A stretch of 64,000 nucleotides of DNA from Tubulanus polymorphus. Lineage: Eukaryota; Animalia; Nemertea. This document shows, piece by piece, positions 1-12,742 of the stretch (the first letter of the stretch is position 1; every line of letters starts with the position of its first letter). The notes beneath the pieces are model-generated. The model saw only the letters and a list, made by a program, of their open reading frames with translations. It had not been told where the DNA came from and did not search any database. The translations under genes were made by a program, and so were the position numbers. The DNA lies in contig NC_134030.1 of NCBI RefSeq assembly GCF_964204645.1, forward strand, positions 12,297,947 to 12,361,946, given 5' to 3'.

Positions 1-1559
1 ATGCCAAGATCATGTTATCTGGTTTTGGTTGGATCCGTGTTCGCAGTATGTTTTCCGCGCACGATTATAGTCCCTTCTTTAGTTATTGCATTCAGCGATA
101 TTACTAGGCATGATGTTTAAGGACACCTGGTGGCAACACTGTAAATGGGAAACACTGAAAATTCCTTCGATAGCAAACAAGAGGACCATAAGGTCCATAT
201 GGTTGAAGACAGTGCATGAGGAGATATCAGTTTTAGTGAAAGCAATTCACGTGTTTCCAGGGTTTCTTTTAACCAAGTCCTGAAAAATTCTTTGAGGAAT
301 TGTGAAAATAAACTGATTACTTTTTTTTTCTAAAGACATTAAAGTGTTCTTATTTTAGTTTCTTTCAATATAACGATCTTTTTCAATAATAAAATGCGTG
401 GATCTTCATTCCCTAAAAAGCATAGTGTAATCGTCCCAGACATCCTACCCACCCAATTTCATAATGGTATAGTCCACGCGTTAACCGATGAAACTGTGTT
501 CTCTGTGCGTATGATGCTTCAATGAATGAAGTTCATGTGACAGGCACTAGGCCTACTACTAGTGGTAATTTTTATTAACCAAAGACCACATGGTAACATA
601 GGAATGCACTTAAAATGGCTCTGAAAATCCTCAAACTTTCCCCTTTGCTTTGGGCCTGAAGCCTGATGTGCTCGACTTGGCATAGATACGCTTGCACAAT
701 TTTTTCCCAAATAAAGAGAACGTACATTTTTTAACGATCACGGAAGCCCTGCGTATCTCATTATATCTTTTTTTCTAGTACCGCGCGCCGAAAAACAGTT
801 TATCTTTCGTCAGTCAATCTGAGTGGGCGTGTGTTTATACGAGGCGGGACACAGCCCCTTGTCTAGCTGTGTGTATACAGCACTGCTGTCTCTAGTCTAC
901 TATTACATGTACTATAACTCACTCGGGGTATTCCCCAAGAATACAGCATTGAATGGCGTGATATGTGATACCGGCTGGCATTACTGGTAATTTTCATTGC
1001 ATGAAGAAAATCCTTCACTCGCAGTTCTTTCAGGAAATAAAATCCGGGCTAGTGAATGACTTACACAGCAGAGACTACCTTACCGATACTCTCCCTGTCA
1101 GCGTAATCCACGAACTGCGCAGCATCTATGAACTACTTACGAATGTATTAGTACGCGAGCACCTGTGAGGATAGTGATGGGGATAACACTTAATTGCTGA
1201 GTAAAATCGAAATAGACAATTTACTGATATGGTGAGCCCTTCGTGCACCTCAAAACTTTCCATAATTCATCACGATTTTGGGACCTTAGGTACAACAGGC
1301 TATGATGTTCATGTTCATAGCTAGTATCATGCATATAGGCAAATGACGCGTTACAGACAACTTTTTATTGGATTATCAGTTCTATATCGATACAGCATTA
1401 TGGGACTATATCCATAGCAGTAGAGATACTACGGGTGTTGTTCGGTAAACGGCAGAATTTTTACCAGCGACGATCCATATATGGTCTCCGACCATAAAAA
1501 TGGGGGAATGTTCAGAACATAACGACTGAGTTTTGTAAACATCAAAGTATTACTGAGAA

Positions 1560-1834
1560 TGATGTGAAACCAATTCGCACATCAATTTTTACAAAATGAC
1601 CCCTGGTGGTGCCACCAGTAGTCTATTTGAAACAATCGATAACAATCAACGGGGTACCAAGATGAACAAGCGTACCAAATTTCGTGAAAATATCCCTTAC
1701 GGATATGGAGAAAAGTGTGACAAAAATATTAGTTGACCCCGACAGATGACGGACAGACGATGGCCAAACGGACGAACGAACGGACAGATGACGACGGCTC
1801 ATCCCCCAACCCTTCGGTCACAGCATAGCTAAAA
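1560..1834 (-). mobile_element. Partial HINE (Helentron-associated) element, family 2
   Basis: GACR/GAAC microsatellite followed by ggtcacagcatagctaaaa; the same terminus as the element at 29907-30476. Confidence 0.6.
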
Positions 1835-2249
1835 TGTGTTTGACTTGGACTACCACCTTCAACGGTATTTGCTAGAATGAGTGGCAGCTGGTTGATGGTA
1901 GCCAGTTTCCTGGGGCCATAGGTACCAATGTAAATAGGCAAATTGTACATAATTCAATATCAAACTCCACCTGGCGGTGAGAACAAAATCTGGGTAACCC
2001 CAATTCCATGAGAAGGAGATGTCTGTCAAACCTCCTGAGGGGGTGTGTAGACAGTTTTCAAGTTTCTACAGATAATTCACAAATACAAAATCAGAATAGT
2101 GTGCCTAAACTTACATATCTTCTTGATACCAAAGCAACCTGAGGTACACAGCCTGGAAAGTGAAAACATAAAAATATTGCAAATAAAAAAAAATGCCCTA
2201 CCTAATTTTGCTAACTGAACTCAAAAGTTAATATCGAAGGTTTTCCAAT

Positions 2250-2700
2250 GAAAATCATGCATTTTGCGCAATTTTTTGAAACGCTGGGATAATTGATTCC
2301 AGAAACAGTTGAATTGTTTAACACCGTGAGCATCAAAGCACATGGATTTACGTTCAAAAACTACACGTTTAGTGCCAACCCACATGTAACACCTAGCCTA
2401 CATGTTCAAATTAACCTGACACATTTGTTGACGACTGACACGCATGAACAAGAAAATTAACTTTAATAAATTATTTGACGCCTGCGAAAAAATGTAGAAT
2501 TTCTGGGATAAGCTAATGTGGAATTGCAAATTTGAAATCGAAGTTTTAAGAAATTTGGGGAATTATGAGATTTGGCGATTGGGTAGATGATACAGTCTTC
2601 GACTTGTGACCGAATTGTCAACTTGTGACCGACTTCGATTCACTTTTGCTCTAAGCTGGTCTGCAACTTCATTGCCTCGATGGTTGAAGAAAGAGCTCTT
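2250..2700 (-). mobile_element. Decayed LINE 3' region (RNase H end plus degenerate Cys/His knuckle)
   Basis: Minus-strand translation gives GNEVADQL (RNase H GNExADxL motif) and a downstream CSRC..TIQLFL...PAFQK; many stops. Confidence 0.4.
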
Positions 2701-4158
2701 CTGATGTCTGCTTCATCATGACTTCGAGTAGCCAGCCGGCCCGGTCCCAGGGCCCGGTTTGGCTGTCACTCGATATCCTAGACTTGAGTCTGGGTTGAAG
2801 TAGACATCGTCATTTAAATAACTTATTCATGTTATTCTGTATGAATAACCCATGTGTCTTGTATTTTCTTATTCTAAAATTTGTAACTTTATTGAATTAG
2901 GGAATTTCATCCCGGAATTTCAATGTAATAAGGATCAATAAAGTATTATGCCATCAGTGGACGCGGAGTGGGATGACAGTTATGCTATTATAAATTGCTT
3001 ATCTCATGAAACCTGCATGCGTCTAATATCGAACATATTTTCTAAAACATTTGAATATTGAAATTATATGTTTACACGTTTTTTATATAGACGGCTTGTA
3101 GCCGCCGATGAAATTCACACCGGCCCAACTCAGATCGCAGATAGCTTCGTCATTCCACTAGCATCCCCATGTCAGGGTCTGACTTTTATATCAGACTTCC
3201 AAATCGTGTATACATCCGCCATTTAACCGAATAATCCGATTTACTTATCATTTCTATTTATCCCTGCCGCCCCTGATATAATCATACATCCTTTACTATT
3301 ACAATACGTCTTATCATGATATTCAATGCAATATAACATTTCGACGTTCAAATAGAGGTCATTATATAATCACAGGGAGCCATTCTACATCTTTATCAAT
3401 AATATTTTGCCAAATAGCTTGTATGTGTACACATAAACCTGTGACGTTTTGCACATCGATTTACGGTTGTCGTTTGTAAAATGACGCTGAATGGTTAACA
3501 TTGTTTAGGTTTCATAATGGTAACGTTTTATAAGGCGTCAAAAACAAATTCTTGCTTCTGATACCTTTTAGAAGACAATGTACACTCCATCCAACAACAT
3601 CACTTCATTTGTCAATGTAAAATAGAAACTTTTTTTACATGATACTCACTTGTAATATGACAGTTCGTGCTATTATTACATCGATTATGTAACGCTATTA
3701 AATTTATCGAAACATCTTTTAGTAATATACAAGAAAGGTAGTCGATGAACTGTGAGAGCATAGGAAAAGTTTTACAAGCTTCCAGACAGCGACACTAGGT
3801 CAACGAACAACAAACGTCGTACAGCCATGGGAGTGACGGCATTAAGTAATCCCGCTGAGTAGATAGAAGGGGAATACTTGCGTAGTTCAGGTGTCCGTAT
3901 GACACTCATTGACCTAGCTTTGCCGTCCGAGTGCCAGTGAAGTTTTTCCTATATAGTCACCGTTCATCACCGTCACAAGCAAACGTTTCACAAAAAGATA
4001 GTTTCACAAAGTCAGATTTAATTAATAACAGGATATACATATAAAGGAGCATCTCAAAATTTCAATATTTGTGTCAATTAGAATAACTGTCTAATTCTTT
4101 CTTAATATGCCAAAGTTGGAACTAGGGTCTATTGACTTTCAAATGAGAGAGCACAGAC

Positions 4159-4403
4159 AAAGATTACAAAACATACTAAAAACTAACAGTTCATTAATAC
4201 TAAATTAGTACCGTACTTAAAGTTATCGCAGGTAATGAAAGGGTTCATCGCATTTCAAATATATTACACTAGCTTGAAACTAAAAGATTACAAAACATAC
4301 TACAAACTAGCAGTTCATTAATTCTAAATTAGTACCGTACTTATGCAGGTTATGAAATGGTTCATCGCACTTCAAATATATTACACTAGCCTGAAACTAA
4401 AAT
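4159..4403 (+). repeat. Tandem duplication, ~124-bp unit x2
   Basis: aaagattacaaaacatact recurs at 4159 and 4283. Confidence 0.85.
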
Positions 4404-4696
4404 ATCTAGAATTAAAAGTTCACTATTGCTTATGATTCATGGCATTGCACTGCTCAAATATACCACATTGTCAACAAGAGTTAACAGTTCAAAAATATTA
4501 CAGTTCGAAATTTAGAGATATTACAAATAAAAAGTTCATTATTCTTATCAATTCTAACAATTCATTTTATTTAAAGAGTGTTTATCCCAACGAAAGATTC
4601 AATTGCGCAGTTCAAACACATTTCAGTCTCATTGCAAATGAACAAAATTGGAGAAACATTTTGCTTTGAAATGTTCTTCTTGAAAATCACCAAGTG

Positions 4697-4803
4697 GGGA
4701 TTTTTACCTACTTTGAATATTTGGGGATTTTTACCTAGAAGACTTTTACCCAGGGGATATTTAGCTAGGGGATTTTTACCTCAGGGATTTTTACCTACAA
4801 CCG
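4697..4803. repeat. 15-bp subrepeat array (GGGATTTTTACC), MITE arm-like
   Basis: About six copies of gggatttttacc, ending in acaaccg. Confidence 0.6.
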
Positions 4804-4934
4804 GTCTGTAGACTTGGGGGTAGGGGCAGTTAAAATAGTACTGTTGCATATAAGGGATGGAGAGTTAAAAATGGGTATTTCTTGCTGCATTCCGAAAGAT
4901 CCCTTAAGAGGATAAAAAGTGGGCAATAAAATTT

Positions 4935-5290
4935 GCAGTGGATATTTTACCGTATACAGTAGAGTGTTTATTTCCGCTATTTTACTGTACATCGTCGCTG
5001 ATTGGCTGATTTACGTCGCGCATGCGCACATAGGTGCGCGATAGAAAATTTGAGGAGAACAGAGTTAGAGAAAATAGAGCGGATTGTACAAGACTCGAAA
5101 CCGGGCTAGTAAGTTACTATCGCGGCGTCTTCCCACTAGACAACCGAGCTCACTGAAAACCAACGGAATGTTTTAACTATCTATAGTAACCCTAACCTTA
5201 CCCTAATCCTATACCTAGGGGTAAAACAGACCCTAACCCCCCCCCTCCCTGACCCTAATCCTAACCCTCTGGGTCCTTTAGACCCTAAAT
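4935..5290 (-). mobile_element. Dispersed repeat family D (tRNA-like core, ccctaa-rich segment)
   Basis: gcagtggatattttaccgtatac...gctgattggctg matches 12580-12742 and 45417-46022 in inverted orientation. Confidence 0.7.
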
Positions 5291-6403
5291 ATGTGGATAC
5301 TACAAAGTGTCTTCTTGACTTATTCTGACTAGCTGACAAATTCAGAAAAAAATGACGTCACTTGACGTCCGGTTTGATGCTCATGGGGAAATCGAAAGTA
5401 AAATTACGTCACGCTAAAATCTGGCAGCCCATTGACTAAAATACGGTAACTTATGGATCGGGTTATTTCAGAATTTATCTATTTCATGAAATTTAGAATA
5501 AGATTGGGTCGATGAATAGTTTAACAATGAACCGCATTGATCGATTGAGTTGAAAATAGCTGAAATTCCCTTAGCAACGGGAGCGAATTCATAATAACAA
5601 ATGCGGCCGCCACACAGTTCAGCGAGCAGGTTCGAATCCTGGAGAATTACACTCTCGCGCACACAGCAGTCAATCCCAACCATAGAACTGAAATACGTTT
5701 TTTTATCAAATTTAATGAGCAACATCGCAGCAACATCGCGGTCGGCAAAAACATTAGTCTCTACCCCTTCTTCACCAAATAAGGAATTCGCTACCACTGG
5801 CCACATGCGCTGCTTATTTTGAACTGTAGATTCCCAGTACTAGATATCCCAGAGGATTAGAAACAAATGTATAATTTTTTGCCAGAGAAATCAATTTTCG
5901 TACTGACATCTGTATTTCCTGCTAATTCAATTTTTTTCTAACAGAGAATAATTTTTCGATTGAATGCGTTTCAACGTGTATTCGATTTTTTTTTCCTACA
6001 AGGTAATTAAGGGATGCGTTGTAATCTTCTCGTCTTCCTTTTATTTTCAAATGGAGCTTATTTCTAAATTAACCACCAGGTTAAAATTCTTCAATATTGC
6101 AAAAACCTCTCTCAGTTTCCACCATAGAAATGTCATGGTTACATGATGATTTCAGTGACAAAGAGTTTTAAACGACCATTAAAAATTCTTGACACAAAAT
6201 CTAAATCGAAATAATAATCTTTTTAGCAGACAGTGGTACCGAGACCTAGTTTATATTTAAGTAAGAAATTTTTCTTCAAATTCTTTTCCCGCAAAAATTC
6301 ATTTCATCCGTTTCCTCATAATTTTCTAACAGAAAATAAGCCCAGAAATTAAGCCCAGAAATTCATTCAGAAATGACTCAAACCTTAGAGTTACAGTTTC
6401 ATC

Positions 6404-9400
6404 CAGGGGCGTAGCCACTGGTGCGACAACCCCATTATGCTAAAACGTCATCAAGTTGTTGAAGTTGTCAGTGGTGCAAAAGTATTTCGTTCGGAGGCGT
6501 TACCGCCCAGTGACTCCCGAGTTTTGTTTATGCGGTAACAGTGTCACATCTGAACCATGCACCTGATCTCACAGTATCGAAGTAACCGAATTCAGTTAAC
6601 TTTTTCAAATTACTTTAGAGCGACTTCTGGTTATATTTCACTGATTATGTAGGTGTTTTATACATTCAAAATTGACCAAAATAAAGGATTTGACCAAGAA
6701 AATTCTGCTGAAATGCCGAGAGATGAAAACTGAGACATTCGAGAGAGTATTGATTGTACAATAAGCTAACATCAGTTCTGCTATTTCTTTATCAATAAGT
6801 CAGTGGCCAGTGGCAGATCCGGCCTACCACTAGTGTATCGAGGGGTACTCAGGTTTGCCCTTATATCTTTCTAGTTCGTGGTTTTGGCAGGCCCTTGTAC
6901 TAACATAAATGTTTTATTCCGGGCAAGTATTCTGGAAGTAGTATAAAAATGGTCAATTTGAATCTAAACGGAAATAGTTAACTTCTAGGGGATAGATGTT
7001 ATGCCCCAAATATGCTTAAAGATTGCATCTCAGAGCCTTGAAAAATCAAAATTTTCTGGGGATTTCTGCCCCAAGATCCCCCGTTTTGTGCTATGATATA
7101 GTTGTCCTTCCAGTTCAGCAGGACGCCGCTCTGAGGTGGCGAAATATCTGGATCGCTCCCTAGACCAAAGATAACCTTTGAGGCTTTATATTATCTACTG
7201 AAAAATTATTTGAATATGAGCTCTCATAGCCAACAGAACGCATCTCAGACGTTTTAATGTTCAAAATTTTCTTGGGGGGGGGGGCAAACCCCCTTATAGA
7301 CATCGCGCCTTCGGCGCTCATTTGGATATACTGTTATGATAGGCAACTTTTGATGTTTATAAAACATGCGTAAATCGATAGCAGTTCATAATACATACAA
7401 CTCTATTCACTGGGAATTCCTAAACGGGCATGTTTTGACTAATGGTTTTTCAATGTCTATTTGCTATTGTTCATTAGGAATTCACAAACGAGCAAGTTTT
7501 GGCTTAATGATTATTTAATGTTTATCTGTTTTTGTTACTGGATTAGTGTCTCGGATTAATAAGAAATATTTTGGATATAGTTTTCAAGACAATAGTAAAA
7601 ATCCAAAGGGATTAGTCAAGTTGCTCGTCGGCCCTCCCCAAATGAGGTGGCGTTGGTAACGAGAATAGTTCCTTGGAAACCAAATTTTGAAAGTATAAAA
7701 ATAAGAGACATAGCTCAACTAGTTGGAGAGTACCCGGGAGAGCAACAGGGAAGAACACGCTCAAGAAATTAGGAAACACAGATTTGTAAAAGGTGTCAAT
7801 ACATTGGAAACACGAGTCTAATAAAATAGTTGTATTATCCAGGAAGAAAGACACTCTAAATATTTGAATGGATATATGAAAGCTGTGGGTACTGGAGTTT
7901 GTAATGGGTAGTGTAGTGTGATCTGTGTGCATTTGTGGCCAGCACACAGATCACATTGTTCAATGGGGTTTGGTCCAGGACTCGCGAGATTTTCAACAAC
8001 ACGGAAGTAACGTGTAATAAATGATGACTTGAATTGCATGACTACCTACCACCCCTCATTATTGTTGGAAAACTAAACGTTCCGCACTGACTAACTAGGG
8101 GTCCAGGGACACCATGCCCACTTGGGAAGTGGTTCCAAATGCTCAACAATCTAACAATTTCAATATTCAACACCCCCTGGTGACCATATACAGAATGCAA
8201 TGACCTTGAAACTCACCACAATCATAGAACATGTCAGCAGCTACGATTTTGTAACTGATTGTGATAACAAAATATGCCTCGTTACCACTTAAATATGGAA
8301 ATACTAAGTTATTCTACTATTCAACGCCCCCTGGTGACCATATTCAAAACCCAATGACCTTGAAACTCACCACAATCATAGAACATGTCACGAACTATAA
8401 CTTTGTAATTGATCATGGTAACAAAATATGCCTAGGTACCAATATAATAAGGAAATACTAAGTTATTCTACTATTCAACGCCCCCTGGTGACCATATAGA
8501 ATAACTAATGGCCTTAAAACTTGCCACAATCATAGATGATGTCATGAGCTACAACTTTGCAATTGCTTGTGGTTACAAAATATGCATTGATACGAATATA
8601 ATATAGAAATACTAAGATATTGCATTATTCAACGCCCCCTGGTGGCCATATACACAAACCAATGACCTCGAAACTCACCACAATCATAGAACACGTTATG
8701 AGCTGCAACTTTCTAACTGATTGTGGTAACAAAATACGTTTAGGTATCAATATAATGTGGAAAAACTTTTTCCCACTTACGAATGAGTACTGCTGACACC
8801 AAGATGGCCGCCAATTGCGTCATAATTGGCTGATGAAAAATACCTGTCTCAGGTATAAAACATCCCTTTCCAAAGAATACCTATCACAAATTGCAATGAG
8901 AAATGATAAACCAGTAGGAAGCTACAGGACTCAGAATTTGGGCCAAAATTAACGTTTTTGGGCACTAAAAAGGTCATAGGACGGCCATCTTGAATCCGAT
9001 CAACCCAATTTTTGTTAAGCTGATGGGCCCTGGGGGAATTCACATATATCCGAAAGTTCAAGGTAATTGATCAAAGCGTCTTCAAAATTTCCCTCAAAAA
9101 GTTCAAAAATGTGTAAAAAGTGCTGATTTTGGCGAACAACAATGGCTGCCAGTCGGCCGTCTTGAATCTGACAGGGCCAGTTTTTGGGCTGACGATGTGT
9201 CTAGGGTAGATACATGTGTAACCCAAATATCAAGACATTACCTTGAAGCGTCTTCAAAACTTCCCAAAATAACTGGATTCCGTCTACGGACGGACGGACG
9301 CTACGACGGACGGACGACGGACGAAAAGTGAACGCAATAGCCCGCTGGGACTAAAGTCCCAAGTGGGCTAAAAATTAGTAATAACATTTTAGAAATGGCC

Positions 9401-10011
9401 AGAATTTTAACTTATGTTCTATCTCATTTTTATTTTACAATTGCGATTGGTATAATTTTTTTTTAAACGGCCGTTAAGGCTTCATGTTTCGTCTGCAATT
9501 TACTGCAAATAGTTACACAACTACGCACATTTCAGTGTTTTTGGCAGCTGTACACTCAATCGGCACCGTTCGTGACTAGCTTCACTGCGGAATTATCATT
9601 AATTAACATCGCCATATCACATCATCAACTTATATTGTGCCTTAAAACCCTAACAGCCGAAATAATTGAAATGCACACACGATTTCTATCATTGAAAATT
9701 GAGAGTGGCCATGTTTGTGTTTGCTGCTTCGCGTAAATCCCGCACGGTGGCGGAACCGCGCGGAGTGGGGCCGATACGTCTAGATTTCTGAATATATACA
9801 CATGAGTTATTTATTTATTTATCGTCTCGGGTCAAAATTCAATTTGTGTCGTTGTGCGGAGCTGAGGAAGGATACGCTCTCCCGCGATATTTCGGTTCCT
9901 TCTTTGGGTCGCATAACAATACCTACGAGCAATATCTAACAGATAATTGCTTGTAGGATATACGCGCCTTCGGGTTGTCGCAACGACGAATTTTAGGTGG
10001 CTACGCCCCTG
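6404..10011. mobile_element. Non-autonomous hAT-like element, ~3.6 kb with nested inserts, 5-bp TSD TCATC
   Basis: TIRs CAGGGGCGTAGCCA...TGGCTACGCCCCTG, subterminal gcgacaaccc/gggttgtcgc, tcatc on both flanks. Confidence 0.75.
8094..9372 (-). mobile_element. Full-length HINE (Helentron-associated non-autonomous element), family 1, with four 154-bp core repeats
   Basis: Minus-strand order: TTTTT, subTIR gcccacttggga with adjacent inverted copy, (GTCC)n microsatellite, core repeats (plus-strand tattcaac at 8164, 8318, 8472, 8626), subTIR tcccaagtgggc, stem-loop gtcc-ctg-gac, then tagtt. Inserted in an A/T run with no TSD. Confidence 0.85.
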
Positions 10012-11432
10012 TCATCCTCTTTCCGCTCACCCCTTAACTATGGCATTAATTTTCAATTTTCCAAGTTTTAACTGTATGAATTGATTTAATTTCTTCATTA
10101 ATTTAAGGAAGTGGATATTTTGCCAATGTGGCATTATTTTAGTTAACGCTATTTTGCGTCATGAAGAGGTTTTGAACAAAATTTTAAATCTAATTTTTTT
10201 GTATAAAACATTCACCGTATGCATCTATAATAGTCTCGAGAAAAAATTTTTAAATATCTTTATCCAAACTCGAGAAAAGCCCGTAGCAACGGCCCTAGCA
10301 ACAGGACCCTCGCGTTTGCGCGGTGATGTTGATGACGTCATTCTGAGAACACATCGCCTGCAGCACACTCAGAAGCGTTATTATACAATGCTCATTTTCG
10401 TTGAATATCGCGCTAATTTTACCATCTTTTGAATACCTTGGCTGTGTGTAGCTATGAACTGTACCCACAAAGGCAGCGACAAATTTTAATGGCTGACACC
10501 AAAGATTTGGCCCCAAGATGATGGACCGTAAGAGCGAGAACACCCGGCCTATGTGTAAACTAGCTTCACACTTAAGAGAAAGATTCTCGCAAATATTATG
10601 GCGAACATAAACTTGGATACACAAATCTAAGAGCCTTTTTATCCTGCCAAGTGACGCTATTTTCGCTAATTAAATACGTAATAAGAGATACGCGCTTTCC
10701 ACTGCATATAGTAGCCTACTGGCTTTCCCCAGTGACCCACATTGCCGTAGTATGTACTACATACTTACTGACTGTATGTATGCAGGACACATTACTTTTA
10801 CACGGCCGGGATGGCGCAGGCTTGGCTGGGATTCACAAACAAGTTTACGGTTTCATTACGCTTTTGTGGTCCAGTACTGGATAAAAATATCTCTACCCAC
10901 AGAAATATCTGCGATGTCTATATCAGTCATCCCCTCCGCGTGGTTTTTACAGAAGGAATGATTAATGACCATTAATGCTCGCTGCTCCAAACGTAGAAAA
11001 ATGCTGTACTCTAGTCACAAATTCCTTCATTCTAAGGCATCAGGTTTAAATTAAATGGAATAATTTCGTCTGTCTATTAATAGGCCTAACAACTGTTGCC
11101 TTGGCTTCCTAAACATCAGACGTTTGATTGGAATCTGATGTATTTTAGTCACTATTTTGCACACTACACCATGTTGTTTTTGTTTGGGTTCTCAGAATGA
11201 CGTCACACTTCCGAGAAGGAATCATCGCGGCCGATCAAAAGTCTCGTTTTAACACTAATTGAAGAATTAAAAATTAATTTCTTGACCACTAAATCAATAA
11301 ATAGGGTATAATTGATGATAAAAAATACTTTTAGCCATATCTCAAAAACCTCTTTATGACCCCTTTAAGATCGTCATGTGAGGTGTTATAGGCATCAAAC
11401 AAACTACGAATCGGTTGTGCGTTGATTACAAC

Positions 11433-11822
11433 AACTAGGGGTCCAGGGACACCATTCCCACTTGGGAAATGGTTTCAAATGCTCAACAATATAACAATTT
11501 CAATATTCAACGCCCCTGGTGACCATATACAAAAACCAATGACCTTGAAACTCACCACAATCATAGAACATGTCAGCAGCTACGATTTTGTAATTGATTG
11601 TGATATCAAAATATGCCTCGTTACCAATCTAATATGGAAATACTAAGTAATTATACTATTCAATGCCCCCTGGTGACCATATGCAAAACCCAATGACCTT
11701 GAAACTCACCACAATAATAGAACATGTCATAAACTACAACTTTGTAATTGATCATGGTAACAAAATATGCATAGGTACCACTCTCATAAGGAAATACTAA
11801 GTTATTCTACTATTCAACGCCC
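11433..11822 (-). mobile_element. Truncated HINE family 1, inserted in a fragment (11367-11432) of the 9-bp-TSD element
   Basis: actaggggtccagggacacc end plus ~2.3 core repeats; left flank matches 15048-15115. Confidence 0.8.
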
Positions 11823-12104
11823 TATTTAACAATATGTTTCCATGCCTACATACCAAACTTCAGTTGGTAGGCATGGAGACATATTGTTAAACTTTCAAAT
11901 TATGGAGTCTCTTTTCTCTCATGAACCCCTTTCAATAAAAACTTTTTGGATATCCTTCAATACAGTTTGAAGTGAATTAAAAAACGATGTTTAAGGTCGA
12001 CTGCCTGTCCTTTCTGGTCCTACTAAGACCTTTATCAGGTATGTACTACCAAAAATGAGCGAGCTAGGCCACCCGGAATGCTCTCAAGTCAGGTTGAAAT
12101 AGAC

Positions 12105-12742
12105 ATTAGTAGGTGGTCGAGTGGTATGACCGGTCATCCTTATTACCGAGATGATGTATTTTACCGAGATGAACCGAGATGAAATTAAATAAAACATATT
12201 TATTTATTCCATATCGATTTTAACCATTGAAATCATATTATATCAGTAATAAATGCCTGCTGGAGTCATATTTTACATATTTTGTCGGATATTTTTGTAG
12301 AAAAATAACTTTTAACTTTACCGAGATGAGATCGTCGATCAATCAAATTCAATGAAATTTTATTGCTAACCGAGTTTACGTATTTGAAGTCCAATTTTTC
12401 TTAAATAAATAAATATGTAAAATATGACTCTAGAAGGTATTTATTACTGATATTACATGATTTCAAGTGTTAAAATCAATAAGGAATAAATAAATATGTT
12501 ATATTTAATTTCATCTCGGTTGATCTCGGTTCATCTCAGTAAAATACATCATCTCGGTAATTAGGATGACCGGGTATGACGCTGCGCTAGTAATTTACTG
12601 GCCCGGGTTCGAGTCTCGCTCTATTTTTCTCTAACTCTGTTTTCCACACTTTCCTTGAATTTTCTAAGTCGCGCATGCGTGGCGTAAATAAGCCAATCAG
12701 CGACGATGTAAGGTAAAATAGCGGAAATAAATACTCAGCCGT
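12105..12742 (+). mobile_element. Family D copy with tRNA-like A/B boxes, split by MITE E
   Basis: A-box-like TGGTCGAGTGG (12114-12124) and B-box-like GGTTCGAGTC (12606-12615) become ~45 bp apart when E is removed. Confidence 0.65.
12131..12572. mobile_element. Foldback MITE (family E), 8-bp TSD GGTATGAC
   Basis: Long TIRs cggtcatcct...aggatgaccg; ggtatgac at 12123-12130 and 12573-12580. Confidence 0.85.

Noticed and set aside
1-1500. Possible exons or pseudogene at the window start
   Set aside because: The frames I translated are interrupted by stops and I recognise no protein family; a BLASTx would be needed.
5180-5290. Interstitial telomere (ccctaa variants; also 45535-45635)
   Set aside because: Short and degenerate, and part of repeat family D.
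5468-5806. 112-aa ORF
   Set aside because: No recognisable domain or splice context.
7612-8039. Similar ORFs here and at 27478-27764 suggesting a gene duplicate
   Set aside because: The similarity is due to the captured repeat fragment; the frames are not conserved.
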